Source of the DNA: the human T2T-CHM13v2.0 reference genome, Homo sapiens
Reading direction: 5' to 3' (one strand)
Assembly (NCBI RefSeq): GCF_009914755.1
Contig: NC_060931.1
DNA: 64,000 nt
Shown here piece by piece: positions 1 through 11,815 of the stretch (position 1 is its first letter; every line of letters begins with the position of its first letter). A program made the translations under genes and the position numbers. The notes beneath the pieces were generated by a model that saw only the letters and a list, made by a program, of their open reading frames with translations, did not search any database and was not told where the DNA came from.

Positions 1-282
1 CTTTTTGTTTAAAGCAACACCCACCCTCCATCCAGGCTTTTTTTCTTTCTTTCTTTATTGGTAGCGGCCAAAAAGAGTTGATTGCTATTGGGATCCGCTG
101 AGTAAAGACACGGGCAGGGGTGCGCGGAGGTGAGAAAACTGAAGACCTGGAAGATTTTTTTTTCCTTCAAAAACCCGTTTCCATCCAGTCTTCAGCCAGT
201 CCAGTCTACTTTAATCCTCACCAGGACAATGGATTAAGTTTCTCTTCCCTGGACCAGAAGTCGGGTTCGGACTTGGGGCAAA
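1..282 (+). other. DPP6: Probable 5' UTR / proximal promoter of the DPP6 first exon
   Basis: Non-repetitive sequence directly upstream of ATG 283 with a single upstream ATG (229). The TSS cannot be fixed from sequence. Confidence 0.6.
229..237 (+). promoter_or_regulatory. Minimal uORF (Met-Asp-stop) in strong Kozak context
   Basis: acaATGGATTAA: A at -3, G at +4; stop ends 45 nt before the main ATG. Confidence 0.6.
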
Positions 283-333
283 ATGAAGGAAAAGGCCATG
301 ATCAAGACCGCTAAGATGCAGGGGAACGTGATG
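283..333 (+). CDS. DPP6: DPP6 alternative first coding exon (DPP6-K-type N-terminus MKEKAMIKTAKMQGNVM), phase-0 end
   Basis: 17 codons from ATG 283 match the recalled DPP6-K N-terminus, which continues ELVGSNPPQRNWKG in the shared next exon (not in window). Canonical donor ATG|GTGAGT at 333/334; CpG island immediately downstream. Confidence 0.92.
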
Positions 334-1180
334 GTGAGTGCCACGGACAGGGCGCGCGCTGGGTCGGGGGGACCCACCGTGAGGAGCGATGCTGGGGGAG
401 GTCTGTCCTTCTCAGTCCCGAACCTCCCTGGAAGGACAGCGACCCCATGCCCGCGCGCGGCGGCGCTTCTCCCACTTCCCACCCGAGCCCACCCAGCGGC
501 AGGGGGATGCGGAGGAGCAGGCATTTCTTTGCAAATTGCAACTTTGCGGCTCCGCGGCCCCTCTCCTTCGGGCATGTGGCTTTGTGTTTTGGGCGCGGGA
601 TGGGAGGAAGGGGCTGCGGGGAGCCCTCGCTGACCGCGGGTCGGTCCGAGCCCCAAGCAGACCCCCAGGGCTCTTCTGGGGAAACGCGGGGAGAGGTGGT
701 CACTTCGGCCAGGGAAGGGCCACTGGGCCCTGGCGCCCGCGCCGGCCTCGGTGCTCCGAGTCCCCGGAACTCGAGACCTGTTGGGTCTGCGGAGCCTTCG
801 GTGCTCTCGGGGCAGGCGCCAGTCGCTCCGCTCCGTTCCAGACGCCGCCGCCGGGCGGGACCCTGCTCCCTGGATTGGGGACGCTGACTCCCCCAAAAGC
901 TTGACTGTGCCGGAGGAGGTCAGGGGCACTTCGTCCCCCAGGAGGGCCGCGTGCCTGGAAACGCGGCTGGTCCGCGGAAGGCTCCGGGCAGCTGGCCAGG
1001 GGACAGTTCTGCACGGATAACTTTCTAAGTGGAGGACCCGGCGATCCGCCTCCCCAGCGAGCCCACCCGCCTCGCCGCTCCCCGCTGACCCGCGCGGCCT
1101 GGGCGCGCCTGCTCTCGGGCTCACGTTAGTCCGGGGCACGGGGCCGAGGGGTCAGGGCGCTGGAGTCTCTGGCGAGGACG
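330..1180. promoter_or_regulatory. CpG island at exon 1 / 5' end of intron
   Basis: Very high GC and abundant CpG (e.g. CCGCGCGCGGCGGCGC, CGCCGCCGCCGGGCGG) compared with the rest of the window. Confidence 0.9.
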
Positions 1181-3280
1181 AGAGAGTTGCCATCTTGTTC
1201 TGTTGAAATTGTTTGTGTGCCTTCGTGTGTTTATTTTAACCCATTAGGTCATGGTCTGAGAAGAATCCTCTGACGGTCCCTTATTTTAAGTTGCTGGCTG
1301 GCACTTTTTTTTTTTTTTTTTTTTTTTGGCGACAGACAAGGAGATGGGGATTGCCTTGCTACTTTTGAAGGTTCTGCAGATTTGCAGATGCTACTTTTGA
1401 GGGTTCCGTAAGAATTGAAGAAATTCTTTCAGGGGCAAGGTCCAGAGTTGTTTACAGAAGTGGGTTGGGTCCAAGTGATGGGGGTGCAGAGGCACCTTTG
1501 CGGGAACCCAGGCAGTGGTGCATTTTGAGATCTCGCTTTAAGCAAAACAGGCAATAAGTGAAAAATTCTACATTAATTGAACAAATACCCAGCTGGCTTA
1601 ACCACACCCACGGCAGACACCTGTTGCCTGGCAGAGAGAAGCGCCGTGGGTTCAGAACTTGACTCTGGACGGAGGTGTGAGTCTCTGGGTTCAAGACACC
1701 TCGCAGGGAAGTAATCGCCGCATGGAGGGGCTTACTCTTCAGGACCCTCCCCACTCCCGAGACGACAAGCCCCCATCTAGGGGCGGTTCGCAGTCCTCGG
1801 TCCGTGGGTTCTCTGACTGACCTAATTGCTTGTTTATGAAAATGCATCTGCTTCCCTCATTTTTCCCACTCTTTTTCTTTTTTAGCCATTGTGTTGTTCA
1901 GCATAATTTCTTGCATAAACAGGATAGAAACGTGTATGGAGTAATGCTTTTTCATTAAATGCCCAACCACATCCATCATTCCTAACTTACGTGATGCCAT
2001 CATGTGCTAGGGAAACCTGTATATTTAGGGCTGAGGCTGAAGTTAAGGATTGAGGTTAATTATACTGATAAGGCAACATTATTGACTCATTACATCAATC
2101 TACCGCCAAATAAGTTTCTACTTATAACTTGCATGGCATGAAAGAGCCAAATCTTCATATTACACCTTTATTAGAAACCTTATGGTCTTTGCCCTCCCCC
2201 TAACCCCTCTCTGCGTTTTACTTCAGAAAATAAAGAATGAAAGGATTGCTAATTACATTTCTCTCTTCTGCTCTGAATAAGGATATTCCATGTGATACTC
2301 ATTGCATCCCTTCCCCTGTGTCTAATGTTAAGAAGTGTCATCAGAGCAAGGTGAACCTGAGCCTAGAGAATTCTACAGCAACCCATATTTTCAGAGTTAT
2401 TTGTGGGCCCAAGAAAACAATGAGATGCACACTTACTCAAACTTTGAATGTTCTTATCAATTCTTGAATTGATAATTATGGCTCCACAGCCTGCTGTGTA
2501 ACTTATTTGAATTTTCATGTTCCAAGGAAATCCACGTGGCTTCAGTTGAGTGATCATTTAGGACTTACCCATGCCTAATCTCTCAAGTTGCTTTGGAAGA
2601 CTCTTGCTAATCACAGCCTCTCTTGGATTAGATGACTGGCAAATTCTTTGCACTCACAACTTGATTGAAATTCAGGTGATATTTTACATTCAAGATGAGG
2701 ACTGAATGATTTACTCCTATTACTGACAGCTGAGCTGCCGCACATCTGACAGCTACAAAAAGTGGCAGAATGTTTTCTACTTTGCAGTAACAGTGAACCC
2801 ACATACACACAGAGACCAGATCTCAGTTCAGGGGACTCAAAGATCTCTGAGCTGTCTGGACTCGCATTTGAGGTTTGATATTTAAAAAAGAGAAAGACAC
2901 TTTGCACTGCCCAAATGGTCACGGAAATGTCAAATCCAGTTCAGCCATGCCTGTAAACTGCTTTCTAATCCAGCCCCTGCTCGCTGACATCCACATTGTA
3001 TGATTGTTCTGGACCTGCAGCCTGTTGTTTCACCGGGAGTTCTACAAGAATGGTGACAGTAGCCTCCCGGCTGGTCCTTGCCATGCCACATTGCTTAGTT
3101 GAAAGTATGTTCTTATAAAATCTTTAAAAAATGTTTTATTCCTCACATATTGCTTTAGGAATTTATTTCTGAGTACAGCTAGAGGATTAAGAGAAGGCAG
3201 ATGCACCAGCATACTATCTGATCTTGTTTTGTTTTAGTAAATGGGTAAAAGAAATACCACAGGTGGAATCAGTTTAGAAC

Positions 3281-3593
3281 TTTTTTTTTTTTTTTTTTTT
3301 TTTTTTGGAGACAGAGTCTCACTCTGTCACCCAGGCTGGAGTGCAGTGCAGTAGCGCAATCTCAGTTCACTCCTCCCCCAGGGTTCAAGCCATTCTCCTG
3401 CCTCAGCCTCTCGAGTAGCTGGGGACTACAGGCGTGCACCACCATGCCTGGCTTTTTTTTTTTTTGCATTTTTAGTAGAGACGGGGTTTCATCATGTTGG
3501 CCAGGCTGGTCTTGAACCCCTGACCTCAGGTAATCTGCCTGTCTCGGCCTCCCAAAGTGCTGGGATTACAGGTGTGAGCCACCATGACTGGCC
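3281..3593 (-). mobile_element. AluS-type SINE
   Basis: Poly-T followed by antisense Alu; TSD AGTTTAGAACTT at 3271-3282 and 3594-3605. Confidence 0.95.
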
Positions 3594-3614
3594 AGTTTAG
3601 AACTTCTATTTTAA

Positions 3615-3916
<302 letters not shown>

Positions 3917-4913
3917 CCTAGAACTTCTATTTTAATTCTTGAGAAGAGTCTATTTCATAAACTTATAATACTGTGAGAATTCACAGACTAACCATGCCAT
4001 ATTCAATCTGTAATTTAATATACTAAGAGATAAATATTTTTTACTTGCTCGAAACAAAAATTATTTTTTTAAAAATAGCTGTTATTTTTTCCATAAAATC
4101 TACATTTCAGAGTTCCAAGGGAGGCTGATGTGCACTTTTTCAACCTAATCTTCCTTTATTGCTGTTTGGTTGATATTCTGCTTGTTTAACAGAGGTATAT
4201 ACTCTTGCAATAGGTTCTGAGGTTAATGGGAAATGTCATCAGAAGGGTGTTGCTTCGTGCTGAATTCCCCTACTCTGTCCATATGAGCTTTTTTCAGACA
4301 TTGAGTTGCTTAATGAAGTTGGAGTAAAGATTAAAGACTAAACATCTTGGGGACTGTCCTGTGACCCTTGGCGTCTCCCCCTTCCTTGGTGTGTGCATTG
4401 GTGGCTCCACCAGTATGTGGTGGGTAAGTGAGGGCTGTGCAGGCCCATGGTGACTACAGCAGTATCAGAGGAGGTTCAGACCTAGGACACAAAGCATCAG
4501 AGGTCTGCAAGCCATGTTGATCCTTGAGAATCCCACTGTTGATTGTTGTTGGTTTTAAATGAAAGTGGCTGTCTTGAGTTCCCTGTATAGGGAAAGCTGG
4601 AGTTCTTCCTTGTGCTCACTGACACTGGTTTTAGGCCTTTGGTCACTGGTTGATGTATCTATGGCATGACGAGCCTAGGATCTTTTCAGAACTATTGTCT
4701 TCTCTTTTCTATGTTGGATAAAACATCTGAATGTGAACTTTCCACAGTAAGAGTTCTCTTTCGGGCATTTGACCGTTTTGCTGATTCAGTTAAATAAAGC
4801 AGAATGGCATTCCAGCGATGATGCTGTACTTGTAATTAGCCCAGGTGAGCAGAGGCTCGTTGAGGTTTTTAGATAAGTCATGAGAGCTCGTGTGGGACAC
4901 AAAGCTTCTATTA

Positions 4914-5196
4914 TTTTTTTTTTTCTGAGATGGAGTCTCACTCTGTCTCCCAGGCTGGAATGCAGTGGCACAGTCTCAGCTCACTGCAGCCTTCACCTCC
5001 CAGGTTCAAGCAATCCTCTTACCTCAGCCTCCCAAGTAGCTAGGATTACAGGCATGTGCCACCACACCCAGTTAATTTTTGTATTTTTAGTAGAGACGAG
5101 GTTTTGCCACGTTGGTCAGGCTGGTCTCAAACTCCTGACGTCAGGTGGTCTGCCCGTCTCGGCCCCCCAAAGTGCTGTGAGCCACCTCTCCCTGCC
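4914..5196 (-). mobile_element. AluS-type SINE
   Basis: Antisense Alu; CTTCTATTATT on both sides. Confidence 0.93.
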
Positions 5197-6277
5197 AAAT
5201 CTTCTATTATTGAAGTCTGTGGGGACAGCATTTCTAGGAGTGTGGCCTTCAGTAATGCAATATTTTTCCTCTGTCTGAGGGTACTTGGTATCAGATTGGT
5301 CACTTGGTAACAAAATGCTTGGTGCTGGTTCTAAATGGGAGCAGTGTAGCACAGATTTTGAGGGAATTTGCCTTCTCAAAATGGGTTCCAAAAATTCTAA
5401 GGTCACAGTTTTCTGAGAGTTGTCACCATGTGTCCCAGTGGTGTGATACTTAGGTTGGTCTTTCTCTGCTTGCTAGTTGTTCAACATCCCTTCATAAAAT
5501 CATCACCCTTATAACTAGACGTTTCTTGAAATATTGATTAATCCCATCTGTGCAGGAAACAGTAGCTAGGCATGGGTCTGTTTCATAATCCTCCTTGCAG
5601 GATTTATAGGAATGGGGATACTTTAAACATGTTTATGGCCCATTAAAAAATGCAGATTTCCAGAAAGAAGATCCCAAAGCCAGAGGTGATCAGCACAGGA
5701 TGTTTTATAAAATTTCTTCAATAAAACTGTAGTGAAGAGGGCTGTGCTGTTTTTTCACAGAGCTCTGTTTAGTTCTTTAGTTCATATATCCACTGGGTCT
5801 GAGTTTTTCAACATATAAATGTACTAAATTGGCTCTTCCCTGTTGCACAGCCATCATCTCCTTTTCTGTAACCTGTCCTGGTCAGTAATCACAATACTGC
5901 TAACTTGATCATCATTTGGACTTTGAACCCTCTGTGCTATTACCAAGAGGTGTGGTGCTTATTGAAATATGAACATCTAGTATTCATTCGTCCCCATGGA
6001 CAAGGGCTTTGCACAGGAAGCATTTGAGCGGATGAATTCGTTAAATGAATGGATATTTGTTCCTTGCTTAGGACTGCTTAGCATAGGCTGTGCATTTGTG
6101 AGAAAGGCTCATGGTTTTAGTTGAACGTTTAAGAACTCCTTCAAGTCCTAATACATCAGGTAACAGGAGAGAGAATTCCCTGCATAGAGTATTTTCCACT
6201 TTCAGCTACAAATGGAAACTTAGGCTCAGTTTAGATTGTAAACAGCTGATGCATCAATCTTCTTTATTTGAGGAGGC

Positions 6278-6819
6278 GTAGAAGTCAAATAAAATATAGA
6301 GAGCAATCTCTCAACTTAAAATGTTTTACTTGGGAAGCAAGAATTGCAATCTGAGGCATACACAGACCAGTGGTCTTCAGTATGTCTGAAGAACAAAGAC
6401 GAGATTGTGGATTTTATTAGGAAAGGAAATGTTACTTACTGTTTTGGAAGAAAACTCATTGGCCCTGGAGAAGCTTTTGAGAGCTGGCAAGCTCTGATTG
6501 GTGAGTTGACTGTGGTAGGTAAAGCTAGAGTCACTGCAGGTTGTTTCAGCAGTTACTAGGTAAAACTGGTCTTAGAGGTACAGCAGGCTGTTTCAGCAGC
6601 TGAGCTTGTGGGAAATTTAATTCTTGGAGCAGGTGCTATGTGTCCCCAGTACTTTTTCCCTGGCCCCGCAACTCACACATTGAGTTGCTTAATGAAAATG
6701 GAGTAAAGACTACAGACTAAACTTCTTGGGGACTGCCCTGTGACCCTTGGTTTCCAAGGACCACAAGGATTTTATTGGGTATGACAAGAATGACCCAATT
6801 TGTATAATCAGCTTTTGCA
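6278..6819 (-). mobile_element. MER67-like ERV1 solo LTR, interrupted at 6675-6767
   Basis: Ends ...GGGTATGACAAGAATGACCCAATTTGTATAATCAGCTTTTGCA, the reverse complement of the recalled MER67 LTR start. Confidence 0.7.
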
Positions 6820-7124
6820 GAGGTAAATACATTTAGTCCAGATCATTTTAAAATTTTCTGTTTATTAAACTAAAATAAATTCAGCAACATAGAAGAATTC
6901 CATGACCTCTTTTGGTTGTGGGAGCCAATTTTATTTGATAGCAAGACCACATTTTAGAACTCAAGAGCGTGCCTCAGATCTTCTAGGTCCCTTGAACATA
7001 CTAAGCTCAGAACAGACAGGCAGGCAGAACCAAGCAGAATTCCCCCTTTACCATTGTGGCTTCCTGGGATGATGGGAGAAAGGGTTCCATTCGGGAAGTA
7101 GAAGTTTCAAAAACCCATCTTGGA

Positions 7125-7405
7125 CAGTGGCTCTTGGCAATGGCTGAACAGTAGAATCAGCTGGAATGTTTTGAAAAACCCAGTCATCTATGGGTGTTGT
7201 GGAGTTGGGAATGTTTGGTTAAGTGTAGAGGTTCTCAACATTGCCTGGAGCCACTGGTTCCTCCTGCCCCCGACCTCTTCCCCAGTACCCACCCCTGGCC
7301 TAGAGATACCCAGGGGATTCTGATTCCACTGCTTCAAAATGCAGTCTGTGCACTCATATGTTTAATAGTGCTTCTGTTGTGCAGCCAAGATGCAGAACCA
7401 GTGGA
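7125..7405. mobile_element. Degenerate MER5-like hAT-Charlie remnant
   Basis: CAGTGG...AGAATCAGCTGG and GATTCTGATTC...GCAGCCAAG...AGAACCAGTG motifs. Confidence 0.45.
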
Positions 7406-8275
7406 TCAGAGGCAAATTTTTTGAATAAATATTGCCATCAAAGCCTAAGGAAATAATTATAACATTTATAAGGGAGCTTCTTGAAAAATATGCAATCAAG
7501 TCTTGTTCCCTGGGTTGTGGAGGCCGCCAAATACATGGAAAGATGGGCAGAGAACACAGAATAAGGAGAAAAATGAAGTGAAACATGCATGAGAGAGAAA
7601 AGTAAATAGTCACCAGGGAAAAGATGAGGAAACATGCTGTGTTTTTAAGTTTTCTAACCTCAGTTATAGACTGAATTTGGGGAAAAACAAGAATCTTTAA
7701 AGAAATTCAATTGTCCTCCTTTCCTTTTTCTTCACGCCCAGAAAAAATTAATCTTCTTGACTGAAAGATACTCTATTATGTGTCTGAGGTCCCCCCGAAA
7801 AGTTATTACAAACCCAACAGGGCAAGTAGAAACAAGGAGGGTGATAGAAGAAAGCTGAAGGCTGCCCTCGACCAGCAGAAGTTGTTCTGGGATTTGCAAT
7901 GGCCTCTGAGGGGCCTCTGCAGGCAGCTCCCTGGACTGCTGTTTCCTCATGTGTCGAATAAGGAAATTTGAATAGATTGATTATTCTTGAAGTCCCTTTC
8001 AACTCCCTCTCCCAGTTAAGGGTAGCCTCATTACTGTCTCCTCAACATTGCTCTTAGGACATGCTTTAGAAGTCACCTTCCATGCCAGAACAAATATTTT
8101 GTTGGCATCATGATTTCTTCTGCATTGACTTATGTGGCATCTCTCAGCTCGCCAGTCTTGTCTCAGCAAGCATGCCACTGTATACGGGGAAAACAAATAG
8201 ATGGCATCAATGTATAGTCCAATAAGCACAAAATCTAGAGCATTCATGCACCAGCCTTGATGACCCAGGAAGACT

Positions 8276-8349
8276 GTATATGTGTGTGTGTAGCACACCA
8301 TATACATGCATGTGCATGCGTGCACACACACACACACACACACACACAC
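8276..8349. repeat. (TG)n/(CA)n alternating purine-pyrimidine microsatellite
   Basis: Seen directly. Confidence 0.9.
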
Positions 8350-9108
8350 AATGTTCATACATCTCAGATGTAAAATACTGGCACCATTGTCCAGCATAGC
8401 TGAAGATCTGTTGGATAAGAGCTCCTGTGGGTGCAATCACTTTGACTGCTTGGCTTTCTTGGATATTAAAAAAATAACCACACTGTAATAAAACAGGAGT
8501 GCCAAGGATGTTCTGGTTTCCAGTGTGGTGTTACTCGTCTGTGAAAATAAAAGTGAATTGCTGGCTAGCCAGGCCGGCCACAAGGCCTGTTTTGCAAGGC
8601 ACCAATTGGATGGGATGGGACTGCACTGGGTCTCACTACGAGAGGTCTAAGGCTGAGCACATTTTCTTCACTGATATTGGTATTTGAAAAGTGGGATTTT
8701 CTTCTCTTTTTCCCTCTCCTACTGGACTAATGCCCCTATTAAGCCACACATAGTTTTATTTTAAATAATTCTCATTTTATGGTATTGGTCCTATATAAAC
8801 AACTTTTAGTAAAACCTCCACTGACAGAAACTCAACTACAAACTTGAGCAAACTGGACTAACAGTCTCATACATTTCATTACATTAATCTAAAAAATGGT
8901 ACCTCTAGGGTATGTTCTGACTTCATTATACATTCAGCTTAATATTCTATACCTTCTTGTCCTATATTTTTGGGAAGTGAGAATTAATAATTTTCAAGCC
9001 TAAAGGCCAAATTTTTTTTTCATTCTTATAAAAATTATTTTGATTGTGGACTACATTTTCTATGATGAGGTAAAAATGAATTAACACATGAACAATTTAT
9101 CTTTAACA

Positions 9109-9425
9109 GGCTGGGCACAGTGGCTCACACCTGTAATCTCAGCACTTTGGGAGGCTGAGGTGGGAGGATCACTTGAGGCCAGGAATTTGATACCAGCCTG
9201 TGCAACATAGACCGCATCTCTACAAAAAAATTTTTAAAAATAATTATCCAGAAGTTGATATTATATTATGTGGCTGTCATCCTAGCTACTGAGGAGGCTG
9301 AGGCAGGAGGATCTTTTGAGCCCATGAGATTGAGGCTGCCGTGGGCCAAGATTGTGCCAATGCACTTCAGCCTGGGTGGCAAAGCAAGACCCCGTTTCTT
9401 TAAAAAGTAATACATAAATAAATAT
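9109..9425 (+). mobile_element. AluJ-type SINE
   Basis: Sense, diverged Alu with a (TAAA)-type tail. Confidence 0.9.
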
Positions 9426-10376
9426 ACTTATTTATAACAGAAAATCAAAGATTATCTTGTTAAATGGTAGTTTTCTAGAAAATTGCATTTATCAGACCAA
9501 ATCATATCTTGAGCAAACTTTTTATAAGAGGGTTCTGTTTTGTTATTTTTCTTCCTATGACTCTGTAAATTGTGCATCTATTTTTTTAAGATCTCCACCC
9601 TTTCATTTCAAACTTAATTATATTGATAACTTATAGTTGTAGAGAACTTACACAGCTTCCAAAATAATTTTGTCTGTGCTATGTTATTATGTTAGAACAA
9701 CCCATTGTGTTGGAAAGACAGATATTAGTTCTTTTTTTATGGTTGAAAGAGCTAAGATTTTGAGAGAGTATATAGTGGGGCTGGTTATTTGAGGAGGAGC
9801 TGAGGTGCTGACCCATTTCCAGCCCAGGTTCTTTGCACACCACAATGTATTCTTTCAGAAATTATCTTCTTTCCAGTTGCAACTGAAAAGAAACATAGTG
9901 CCTGGAAGATGGGGGAGAAAAATAAGAGATCAAGTGGGAGAGTATGTCTTCTGCTCTATCCTCATAGGATTTCTAGCCTCTGCTGGAACACATCCAAGGA
10001 CTGGAAACTTGTGCCATTGTTGACAAGTTCTGTTTGTTAAAATGGTATTTCTTAAGTTCGGAAGATACATATACATACCTCCATTGAACTTTCACCTACA
10101 GTTTTAGCTTGAAGCCTTTTAACTACAAAAATTTTCTTATCCCTACTTCACATGACAACCTTTCAAGTAAGTTCCAACAGTTGCCATGTGACCCCTTCAT
10201 AGTCTCTTTTCTAGGGAAAATGTCTCTATTTCTTTCAACTTATATATGAAAGTTTGATCAGGGTAACTGTGAATTTAACAACAAGACACCATATTTTTTA
10301 TTCAATCATTGCCATCGTTATCTGTTTCTTAGCTTCCACAAATTTCTTCCTATTTATTGTTGTTGATTTGATAGTC

Positions 10377-10500
10377 TTCATACTGTTTTCCACAGTGGCT
10401 GTACTAATTTAATTCCCACCAGCAGTGCACAAGTGTTCCCCTTTCTCCACATCCTCACCAATAAATGCTACTTGTTTTTGAGCCATTAGTGAACTGATAG
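10377..10500 (-). mobile_element. L1 fragment (ORF2 3' end region)
   Basis: CATACTGTTTTCCACAGTGGCTGTACTAATTT...CTCCACATCCTCACCAA; minus-strand ORF reads GEDVEKGEHLCTAGGN, typical of the L1 ORF2 C-terminus. Confidence 0.85.
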
Positions 10501-10636
10501 AAAACAGCATTCTGGACCGAAAAAGTAGATTGTCTCCAAAAGCTGTGTGGATAAGGAGCAATGAAAGAAAGATAATACCAAGGCAAATACCTGGAGGATG
10601 TGAAGCCAAGAGCATCAGAGGAGAAAAGGAACCATC

Positions 10637-11190
10637 AAGAGGTTGGTTAGTGGGTACAAACAGACAGATAGAAGGAATAAGTTCTCATGTTCAATAGCAC
10701 AGTAGGGTGACTGCAATTACTAATAATTTATTGTATATTTCAAAACAGCTAAAAGAGTCTGGGTGCAGTGGCTCACACCTGTAATCTCAGCACTTTGGGA
10801 GGTCGAGGTGGGAGAATTACTTGAGTCTAGGAGTTTAAGACCAGCCTGGGCCACACAACAAGACGCCATCTCTAAAAAAAATTTAAAATATGCCAGGCTT
10901 GGTGGCATCCACCTGTAGTCCCAGCTACTTGGGAGGCTTAGGTGCAAGGATTGCTTGAGGCCAGGAGTTCAAGGTTAAAGTGAGCTGTGATGGTGCCACG
11001 GCACTCCAGCCTGGGTGACAGAGTGAGACCTTGTCTGTAAAAAAATAATAATAATTAGAAGAGAAGATTTGAAATGTTCCCAACGTGAAAAAATGATCAC
11101 TGTTTGAGGTGATGAATATCCTAAGTAAACATACATCAAAATATCACATGTACCTCATAAATATGTATAATTATTATGTATCAACAAGAA
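10637..11190 (+). mobile_element. L1MA-type 3' UTR fragment interrupted by an AluJ (~10757-11055)
   Basis: AGATAGAAGGAATAAGTTC...TTGTATATTTCAAAACAGCTA resumes after the Alu as AGAAGAGAAGATTTGAAATGTTCCCAAC. Confidence 0.8.
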
Positions 11191-11689
11191 AATGAAAACG
11201 AGAATGTTGAAACAGGTGGAAAGATATTCATATAGAGCCTTTGGGAAATGCTAGTCACTGGACATGGGAGGAAAATGGCCGTCTTCAGTTGCGGTATCAG
11301 AGGCCTTCCACAATAAGCAGTGTTAATTGGCAAACAGGGGCTATGAGAAACACACAAGTGATGAAAACCAGCCTTATTTCTACTGGAATCTCAGGTCTTA
11401 CCTGACTTACCACCATCTAAGTTTGCATAGTCACCTCTAAAAGTGTGAGCATCTTTTCTGTGCTTTGCTGGTTTGTATATAACTTTTATTCAGATATCTT
11501 TCACTCTAATAAGTAGTTCTTTGCATTCTGATTCGTTGGCTTTATGAAATAAGTCACCATTATTCAAGAAGGGAAAGGCGAGAGACAAAGGCATTCGGCT
11601 TCCATTAGTGTTTGGAATTACAGCCACACACAAATTAAGGGTGAATGAAAACAAATGCCCTCCTGTAGCTGCTGCTGGTATTCCTCCCC

Positions 11690-11815
11690 ACCTCCTCTTC
11701 ACTCTCTCTCCTCCTCCTCCTTTTTCTCCTTCTCTTATTTATCCTCCTCCTCTTCTTCCTTCTCCTCTTCCTCTTCCTTCTCCTCCTCCTCCTCCTCCTT
11801 CTCCTCCTCCTTCTT
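11690..11815. repeat. (CCT/CTT)n polypyrimidine low-complexity tract
   Basis: Seen directly; source of the Pro/Ser/Gly-rich ORFs. Confidence 0.9.

Noticed and set aside
283-633. 116-aa ORF as a full protein
   Set aside because: Only the first 17 codons match DPP6; the rest is read-through past a consensus donor.
234-1139. 301-aa antisense ORF and other overlapping ORFs in the CpG island
   Set aside because: Arg/Pro/Gly/Ala-rich and open in several frames at once; expected from stop-codon scarcity in GC-rich DNA; no recognisable domain.
1357-1410. Short imperfect direct repeats (also 15856-15894, 16323-16341)
   Set aside because: Ordinary local slippage duplications with no further structure.
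4880-5278. Alu-derived ORFs (also 16623, 21369, 33140, 40787, 49142, etc.)
   Set aside because: Typical Alu translations (LECSG, SASQVAG); not genes.
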